A DNA stretch of 64,000 nucleotides from Endomicrobiales bacterium. GTDB lineage: Bacteria; Elusimicrobiota; Endomicrobiia; Endomicrobiales; JALOBY01. The stretch is taken from assembly GCA_963796955.1 (NCBI GenBank), contig CAWCNJ010000005.1, forward strand, positions 128,001-192,000, given 5' to 3'. Below, one piece after another: positions 45,882 to 52,223 of this stretch. The notes below the pieces were generated by a model that had not been told where the DNA came from, ran no database searches, and was given only the letters and a program-made list of their open reading frames with translations. Both the position numbers and the translations under genes were made by a program. Position 1 is the stretch's first letter, and each line of letters begins with the position of its first letter.

Positions 45882-46025
45882 ACAAATGGAAGGATGGGCG
45901 CGTGTTGCGACGAACAGGAGCAACGAGAAACGCGCGGGCACCGCAGCAGAGCGAGGATGCCCCGGACGAGACAGAAAGTCAGCGTAAGCTTAGAAGATAG
46001 CGTAACAAATGGAAGGATGGCCGAG
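45882..46025 (+). repeat. 144-bp perfect direct repeat, copy 1 (copy 2 at 50059-50202)
   Basis: Base-by-base identity; contains two tRNA-Ser 5' ends and a structured insert. Confidence 0.95.
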
Positions 46026-46125
46026 TGGGCCACAGTGCGACGAATAGGAGCACAAGCTTGTGGCGGGCGCTTGATGAAAACGCACCGGAACCACATCCTG
46101 GACAGACTGTAACGAACGTAGTGAG
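45898..46125 (+). ncRNA. Two related structured inserts, each bounded by tRNA-Ser 5'-end duplications
   Basis: Shared hairpin with different but still paired stems and a conserved GC-GACGAAYAGGA-GC core. Confidence 0.5.
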
Positions 46126-46126
46126 T

Positions 46127-46165
46127 GGAAGGATGGCCGAGTGGTTTAAGGCGCTAGTCTTGAAA
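46127..46165 (+). pseudogene. tRNA-Ser(TGA) 5' half ending exactly at the end of the anticodon loop (att-like)
   Basis: GGAAGGATGGCCGAGTGGTTTAAGGCGCTAGTCTTGAAA; 38/39 identical to 50188-50226. Confidence 0.9.
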
Positions 46166-46258
46166 TCCTCCCGACGGTAAAACAGCAATTCCGACGACAA
46201 CCCCAAATCCCACGTTTTACCGACGACAAAAGCCATCTTGCGCATTAATGACAACCTT

Positions 46259-46317
46259 GCATGCTTGTACCCATTTGTAACCCAAATGGACACCTACTGG
46301 ACACCTGATAGACACCT
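46259..46317 (+). repeat. 39-bp repeat copy 2 plus three GACACCT repeats at 11-bp spacing
   Basis: GACACCT at 46289, 46300 and 46311. Confidence 0.75.
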
Positions 46318-46775
46318 GAAACCTTGATAGAAATATCAGGGTTTTTTTAATCCGTTGGCCCCATTACGTATAAGTTTACCAACGTTTTTCCCAATTACTG
46401 TGTAATTGTAAAACGTTGGAACGTCAACAAAAACGGAATTGGTATGTCAAGGGGGAGGGATACAGGGTGTTTGAGACGTAGAGCTATGTATCGGCCTTAT
46501 AAAAACAACTTCTAGTTAAACATATAGAGGTCACAGGCAATTTTTCAGTAAAAACGGCACGGAATAGGCAAAAACATGGACGCGCCTATTTCGACGTAAG
46601 GAGTTATGCAAAATGTCGTAACCTTAAAGTCCAAGTCCGTGGTGAGATCATTGAAGTGCCATGTCAGTTGTCAAAACGCTATCATAGAGGTACAATACAG
46701 CTAGAAGATCATTTCTATTGGGGAGAAAATCATAAATCATCGGAACATCCAATAGCAAATGTGGCGTAAATATAG

Positions 46776-46913
46776 CAATACGTAGAGGACTTTAATAAAA
46801 TTCCTGATGACGAATGGTATAAATTCATCCAGGCAAATACCAGTTTCGCAAACTGGAATGAGATGCAGAATAAAGCGGCGGGTGAGTGGGGTGCGAAAAA
46901 GATGGGCCTGTAA
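46776..46913 (+). pseudogene. C-terminal remnant of a small mobile-element hypothetical protein
   Basis: EDFNKIPDDEWYKFIQANTSFANWNEMQNKAAGEWGAKKMGL preceded by an in-frame TAG. Confidence 0.4.
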
Positions 46914-46927
46914 AGGGGTGATTGGCA

Positions 46928-48094
46928 ATGAATACACAATCCGCAGATCTTCTCATTAAATTTCTAGAAAGTGATGGTGTCAAATATCCACGAATCAGAG
47001 CGGGCAACGTTGATTTTCAGGAATATATTACCAGTATTTATCAGCAATATATTAAGGAGGTCAAAGACCACGCCGATGCCTTGAATGCTTTGGGATTAAT
47101 TGTTGATGACGAATTGCCATTTTTAATAAGCCAAATGGGAGCTATAAATGATGCATTAGAGGCATATTTGAAGGGACAACCCGCAAAAGCCTATAATTTT
47201 ATAGCGAAGTGGATGGATGATAATCGAAATGCATATCAAATACTTCAACCGAATTATGCGCAATACGAAGATCAAGTTGTTTCTCTGTACCGTATAAGGG
47301 AAATAAAATCCGAGGAAATAATAACAGAACCAAAAAACATGTTTCATGTGCCTTTTGAAAAAAGACATAAGATTAAGAGATATAGGTTTAGTATTCCAGG
47401 GTATCCATGTTTATATGCCGGTTCATCAGTTTATGCAAGTTGTCAAGAATTAAATGGTGTGTCGCTTAGTAATATATGTGCAATATTGTTAAAACCTACA
47501 GAAAAAAATATCAAAATTCTTGATTTTGGAATAACACCCAAACGGATCGCAGCATGCATAAGGAATATAGTGAAGGATGGTAATCAACATATATTACAAC
47601 GTGAACAAAACTGTAAGGATATTAAAGCACGGATTCTTATGTGGCCAATGCAAGTCGTAAGTATGCTTGAAGTTTTATATAAAGAGGAGCCATTTGTTCC
47701 AGAATACATAATACCACAACTTCTTCTTCAATATATACAAGATGATAAATATGGTAATCAAGTTATTTCGGGGATACGTTATTATTCAACGAAGTGCCAT
47801 ATACAAAATGACAATACAAGATTGGGTTGTAATTATGTATTTCCTGTTAAAACAATTAAAAAACAAGGATATTGTGCAAGCCTTATAAATCTATATCATG
47901 CTTCAGATCTAATTAATTATGCTGAATACATAAAAGGGAAACATTGGGGAACTCCTAGATCGTCAGATTCTTCCGAAGAAATTACTTTTGAGGATAACGG
48001 AATATCAAAAACCTTACCATATCTTAATACTGATATGTATACATTGGAAATGTGGCTTAACAATCTAAATAATACAGTGAGGCCAATATCGTAG
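46928..48094 (+). CDS. RES-domain-like protein
   Basis: LYRIR, FHVPF, RFSIPGYPCLY, EYIIPQLL and GIRYYS (R-E-S order); very AT-rich. Confidence 0.65.
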   Translation: MNTQSADLLIKFLESDGVKYPRIRAGNVDFQEYITSIYQQYIKEVKDHADALNALGLIVDDELPFLISQMGAINDALEAYLKGQPAKAYNFIAKWMDDNRNAYQILQPNYAQYEDQVVSLYRIREIKSEEIITEPKNMFHVPFEKRHKIKRYRFSIPGYPCLYAGSSVYASCQELNGVSLSNICAILLKPTEKNIKILDFGITPKRIAACIRNIVKDGNQHILQREQNCKDIKARILMWPMQVVSMLEVLYKEEPFVPEYIIPQLLLQYIQDDKYGNQVISGIRYYSTKCHIQNDNTRLGCNYVFPVKTIKKQGYCASLINLYHASDLINYAEYIKGKHWGTPRSSDSSEEITFEDNGISKTLPYLNTDMYTLEMWLNNLNNTVRPIS

Positions 48095-48211
48095 ATATTT
48101 AATCATGCCCAGTAGGTGAGTTCACGATTATTTTTTGTAATACACCTTGATAATTCAGGAACTTGATAACTCTTAAAATGATCTAAAACCAGGCACCAAC
48201 AAAGGCACATC

Positions 48212-48306
48212 CAAAGTTAACCACAAACTCCACAAGCTACTACGTTCCGCTTCGCTCTGGGAGCACGCTACACTTCGTACCTTGATGGATTTTATGGATA
48301 ACTTTG
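48212..48306. repeat. Imperfect ~26-bp inverted repeat enclosing a CGCTTCGCTC core
   Basis: CAAAGTTAACCACAAACTCCACAAG ... CTTGATGGATTTTATGGATAACTTTG. Confidence 0.6.
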
Positions 48307-48326
48307 ACATCCAAGTGGGTATTAAA

Positions 48327-49187
48327 TTATTTAATTTTTGTAAGAAGATTTTTAATTACTTCAACGGTTCTTTTTCTCAAGAAACCTTTCTCAAAGCTGC
48401 CGGGCAACAAGGCAAGTTCTTCAATTCCCTTTGGCCCGCGTGACGCCTCGGTTCTAAAATATTTCGTCAAGTTATCACAGAAATGGTTAAACATATCAGG
48501 ATCCTGGCTCTTATATCCTTTAAGCTTTGTATAAAATGCTTCTTTATTGGCTTCGGGAATATATTCAGCAACATAATATACTGACCACAGATCCTTCTTG
48601 AACTTATACTCGCCGTCTTTGCCTTTTACATCGCGTTCAGCGCAGGCAAGCCCTTTAAGGTAGAGATAAGCGGCAGGTACAGGTATTGTAACCTGGGCAG
48701 ATAACTTCCCAACCGTTACATCCGCCTTCATAAGGCTGGTTTTATCAAGCAGTATTTCCGTATATCCCATAGGTGCAACGTCTACGCCGTGTCCGGCAAC
48801 CCTTTCAATGAGCTTTGGGTCCATCAGCTCATGGCTTATAAGGTCTATCTTCATTTTTAACTCGCCGTTTACTACGGTGTAGCCAAACGGTTCAGCTTCT
48901 TTGGAGTATACTCTCCGTTTTGTATAAATAGCTTTGTGCGAAAACATCTCGGCCAGGGGTATTCCCTTAAACCCAAAGTTTTCTCTTACGGCATAGTCTA
49001 TGTCCGTTGTAGCCATTATGCGTGCGGTGCCAGGGTTTTTCCATACAAAATGCGTGTAAATGAACGGCAGCCAGCCGCCCACAAGAATAACATTGTCTTT
49101 ATACGGCTCCATATCTTTAAGAACTTGTACAAAAAGAGCCTCAGGGCTTATTTCAGGCTTGCCAGTGGAGGAATGAGCCATGTTCAC
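48327..49187 (-). CDS. Nucleotidyltransferase-fold protein (AbiEii/GSU2403-like), putative toxin
   Basis: LVGGW...TTDIDY (GG + DxD), KIDLI, LKG and KKDL. Confidence 0.7.
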   Translation of the reverse strand: MNMAHSSTGKPEISPEALFVQVLKDMEPYKDNVILVGGWLPFIYTHFVWKNPGTARIMATTDIDYAVRENFGFKGIPLAEMFSHKAIYTKRRVYSKEAEPFGYTVVNGELKMKIDLISHELMDPKLIERVAGHGVDVAPMGYTEILLDKTSLMKADVTVGKLSAQVTIPVPAAYLYLKGLACAERDVKGKDGEYKFKKDLWSVYYVAEYIPEANKEAFYTKLKGYKSQDPDMFNHFCDNLTKYFRTEASRGPKGIEELALLPGSFEKGFLRKRTVEVIKNLLTKIK

Positions 49188-49863
49188 CTCTTAAAATATT
49201 TTCCATGTGTGAGGCTTGTTGCAGAGCCATGGGATCCTTTGAAGATTTCATGCTCAGATAAGCGTAGAAATCCGGCGTAACGTGCGATCCTGGATTATAT
49301 ATTTCGGAGAGTTTATTAAGAAACCTGTGATATCTTGGCAAAACAATTTCTATATCGCCACCATGATGAACCTTGTTAATTCCGAGTTTTAGCTGTAGTT
49401 CCTGCTGTTTGTACCCGGCAAACCATTCGCGTTCAGGTATAAGTATGGTCAGCCGGTTATCCCGCACTTCTCTAAGGGCTGGCCTTACACCCTGCATACC
49501 ACCAATAAAAAACTTAATGTTTAATGATATAAGGTGCTTTATAATGTCATTATGCGAAAGCTTTGAAACATACTGGAACTGTTTCAACCTGTTATCAGCG
49601 AAGCCTTCAACGCACAGGGCAAGCAACCGTTTAGGGTTAATCAACCTTGACCCGCTATTGGGCCCACGGGCGGCAAGGCTTCTTACGATGATGCGATCTG
49701 CTATCAGAAGATTGAAGAACTCTACAACGTCACTATTCTTGTAACCCTTAAAATCAAGCGTTGACCAAACGGTAGCATCTTTATGATTGCCTGGCGCTGT
49801 CGCCTTCATAAGCATCTCATAAGCTATGCCAAGGTAGGACGATTTAATCTTTAAAAAGCCCAT
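49153..49863 (-). CDS. Putative AbiEi-like antitoxin/transcriptional regulator
   Basis: Upstream of and overlapping the nucleotidyltransferase; wHTH-like N-terminus with RLINPKRLL. Confidence 0.45.
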   Translation of the reverse strand: MGFLKIKSSYLGIAYEMLMKATAPGNHKDATVWSTLDFKGYKNSDVVEFFNLLIADRIIVRSLAARGPNSGSRLINPKRLLALCVEGFADNRLKQFQYVSKLSHNDIIKHLISLNIKFFIGGMQGVRPALREVRDNRLTILIPEREWFAGYKQQELQLKLGINKVHHGGDIEIVLPRYHRFLNKLSEIYNPGSHVTPDFYAYLSMKSSKDPMALQQASHMENILRGEHGSFLHWQA

Positions 49864-49984
49864 ATAGGCCCCTTTTTATATATTCCCCTTTTAGACACAT
49901 ATAATAAAGGGAATATATCTATTACCTTTATAGCATACGCTATCAAATATTGCAATGATTACGATTAGTACATCCGCACGTTTC

Positions 49985-50013
49985 TTGAGAAAGTCCTTAA
50001 AGAATGCTATACT
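49985..50013 (+). promoter_or_regulatory. Sigma70-type promoter, copy 2, upstream of the intact tRNA-Ser
   Basis: TTGAGA-17 bp-TATACT with extended TG. Confidence 0.8.
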
Positions 50014-50058
50014 GCCACCGATGTTAAATATGTAGTATGCCTGCTCTGAAAGATTTGT

Positions 50059-50202
50059 ACAAATGGAAGGATGGGCGCGTGTTGCGACGAACAGGAGCAA
50101 CGAGAAACGCGCGGGCACCGCAGCAGAGCGAGGATGCCCCGGACGAGACAGAAAGTCAGCGTAAGCTTAGAAGATAGCGTAACAAATGGAAGGATGGCCG
50201 AG
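50059..50202 (+). repeat. 144-bp perfect direct repeat, copy 2
   Basis: Identical to 45882-46025. Confidence 0.95.
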
Positions 50203-50275
50203 CGGTTTAAGGCGCTAGTCTTGAAAACTAGTGTAGGGTTATACTCTACCGGGGGTTCAAATCCCTCTCCTTCCG
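50188..50275 (+). tRNA. tRNA-Ser(TGA), CCA not encoded
   Basis: Acceptor GGAAGGA/TCCTTCC plus discriminator G; anticodon arm CTAGT-CTTGAAA-ACTAG; long variable arm; T-loop GTTCAAATC. Confidence 0.97.
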
Positions 50276-50315
50276 TTGTTTTTTGTCTGGGCCACGGGCC
50301 CATACAAAAAACAAC
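50275..50315 (+). terminator. Long hairpin immediately after the tRNA
   Basis: GTTGTTTTTTGT-CTGGGCC-ACG-GGCCCA-T-ACAAAAAACAAC. Confidence 0.5.
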
Positions 50316-50417
50316 TAATTGGCCAGGGATTTGAAGCTGACCCGACCGCTGCCGCGTAGGCAGAAAAAGGGAGGGCAGCCGATTGCGGGTGAGGGTACGA
50401 AGTACCCGATGGAGCAA

Positions 50418-50435
50418 AAATCCCTCTCCTTCCGT
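50418..50435 (+). repeat. 18-bp duplication of the tRNA-Ser 3' end
   Basis: AAATCCCTCTCCTTCCGT, identical to 50259-50276. Confidence 0.9.
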
Positions 50436-50663
50436 ATCATTTTTCAATCAGTTTTGAGTTGTAGAAATCGCACCTAAAAACACCCCGTTTTACCGTCTTG
50501 TGTCCGATTTGTGACGTGTCGTTGCGTCACAAGCCTAAAAAATGCAGAAAATCATAAAAATCTTACGCTCACTTTTTAGTGACCGTAGGATTTTTTTGTT
50601 GCCGAAATCCCCTCACCCGTTTACTGTGTTAGTAGGAAGTAAAATCGAGCAAGGGAGAAAAAC

Positions 50664-51404
50664 ATGGGCAACCAGCAAATAGTTTTCAGGGAGTACACTA
50701 AAGATATATTCCCAATCTTCAACGGCTACGGCGTTGCCATCCACACAATCGCGGCATCATGTAAAGATCCAGCCAAAGCTGTAATAGAACATTCTTTCGG
50801 CCGCGATGAGGGCTTAAATGAATTTGTTGAGCTAGGTGATATTATCGAAGCATACAGACTGGGCCTGAACAATATTCAGCCGTACAAGAATCGCGACTAC
50901 TCGTTTATTATAAACAACGGTAACGCACCAGACGAACAGGTAATGTTTAAAGAAATAAAAACTACGTCCGCCGAAAAGAAGTTTCAACTAAAGTGGCAAA
51001 CTTCCTTCGGAAGGAAAAAGCGGGCAACCTACAGCTGGGGCTGGATGAACAGGGTAATGTTCAGCTCATACACCGAAACCATGGAGCAAAGCAGCAGCCT
51101 TAAACTAAATTATCCTACCGGAAAGCTGAAGCTGCGTATATTCCTGCCAAAGCTATTTCCGCTGGACGAAAACCCATGCCTTGAAATGCAAAATTCCAAA
51201 GGCCAGAAGGCCAGGCTGCGCATTACAAACGAAGTAGGAGTTCTAAAAGAAGACATAGGCTTCAGCCTAAAAGTTAAGGAAGACTTTAAGTGCTACCAAA
51301 TCGAGATCTTCCGCCCCAACGTCAATGAAACCTACAAAATCACATGGTCGATGGGTGTAAAAGCCCTACCAAAGTATCTGGCCTGGCTTGAGTCCAGGGT
51401 ATAG
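50664..51404 (+). CDS. Hypothetical protein
   Basis: 246-aa ORF with RBS GGGAG. Confidence 0.65.
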   Translation: MGNQQIVFREYTKDIFPIFNGYGVAIHTIAASCKDPAKAVIEHSFGRDEGLNEFVELGDIIEAYRLGLNNIQPYKNRDYSFIINNGNAPDEQVMFKEIKTTSAEKKFQLKWQTSFGRKKRATYSWGWMNRVMFSSYTETMEQSSSLKLNYPTGKLKLRIFLPKLFPLDENPCLEMQNSKGQKARLRITNEVGVLKEDIGFSLKVKEDFKCYQIEIFRPNVNETYKITWSMGVKALPKYLAWLESRV

Positions 51405-51413
51405 GAGCTACTT

Positions 51414-51644
51414 ATGCATATAAAAGCGATAGTGTTGTTAATGGAAGCCCCAACACAAAACAAAAGCGTTTTGCCCACCCGCGAAGATTGGGCATCCCTG
51501 CGCCAAGCAGTAAAGCAAAAGACCGGCTATAACGAAGATGAGGCCGTCCAAGACTACATCATGGACAAGCTTGGCACCCAAAACCTGCAACTTGTCTCTG
51601 GCCAAGAAGTAAGGCAGCTAATCACACTACTAAAAGCAGCGTAA
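51414..51644 (+). CDS. Hypothetical protein
   Basis: RBS AGGAG; operonic spacing. Confidence 0.5.
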   Translation: MHIKAIVLLMEAPTQNKSVLPTREDWASLRQAVKQKTGYNEDEAVQDYIMDKLGTQNLQLVSGQEVRQLITLLKAA

Positions 51645-51668
51645 TCAAAGCGAACCAGGAGATATCAA

Positions 51669-52055
51669 TTGAAAAGACAACTTGAACAAAAACTCCTTAA
51701 AAGATTTTCCGGACTATTTAAAAGCACCACGCTGTATTGTGAGTGCAGTGATGGCTGGTATCACATTTTGTGGCGAATATTTGAGCAAATAGAGGAATCG
51801 TTGAAGAAGGAAAACAAGGGGTTTTGTGATCAACTATTTATTCACCAGGTCAAAGAAAAGTTTGGCAGGCTAAAAATATACATGTACGGAGGAAACGAAT
51901 CGATTAACAAAATAATCCAGCAAGCCGAAGCCGATTCCCGCAAGGTCTGCGAGCTATGTGGCAAACCCGGAAAATTACGAAGTATAAGGGGCTTACTGTC
52001 TACGTTGTGCGATGGTTGCTGTACCAAACTCCAAAAGCGTCGCAACCGGCTCTAA
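51669..52055 (+). CDS. Phage-type hypothetical protein with a zinc-finger-like C-terminus
   Basis: C.DGWY, QVKEKFGRL, CELCGKPG and TLC..C. Confidence 0.65.
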   Translation: MKRQLEQKLLKRFSGLFKSTTLYCECSDGWYHILWRIFEQIEESLKKENKGFCDQLFIHQVKEKFGRLKIYMYGGNESINKIIQQAEADSRKVCELCGKPGKLRSIRGLLSTLCDGCCTKLQKRRNRL

Positions 52056-52223
52056 ATTGTTGAAATATCATCTCTAAAGAGGTATCATAATCTAGACGGA
52101 TGAAGCCATAATTGGGGAATTAATGTATCATCAACATACAAGTACGATATAGCAAAGATTAAAACCACCTTCAAGGGTGGTTTTTTGTAGTTTTAATAAG
52201 CTTAAAATAATAAAGGAATATCA

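Larger units (their letters stand above)
46166..50226. mobile_element. 4-kb integrase-less cassette between the tRNA 5' half and the intact tRNA
   Basis: Bounded by the duplicated promoter, leader and tRNA 5' half; AT-rich cargo. Confidence 0.6.

Noticed and set aside
45894..46112. Short ORFs over the repeats (also 50071-50334 and 50007-50447)
   Set aside because: They overlap tRNA sequence and hairpins and have no protein-like features
45882..46165. CRISPR array
   Set aside because: The repeats are tRNA 5' ends of unequal length, the spacers are about 100 bp and related to each other, and no cas genes are present
48212..48306. Integron attC site
   Set aside because: No RYYYAAC/GTTRRRY boxes, flanking genes converge, and no IntI-like gene is seen
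46128..50226. Split or intron-containing tRNA
   Set aside because: The downstream tRNA is complete by itself, and there is no separate 3' half or intron-like sequence
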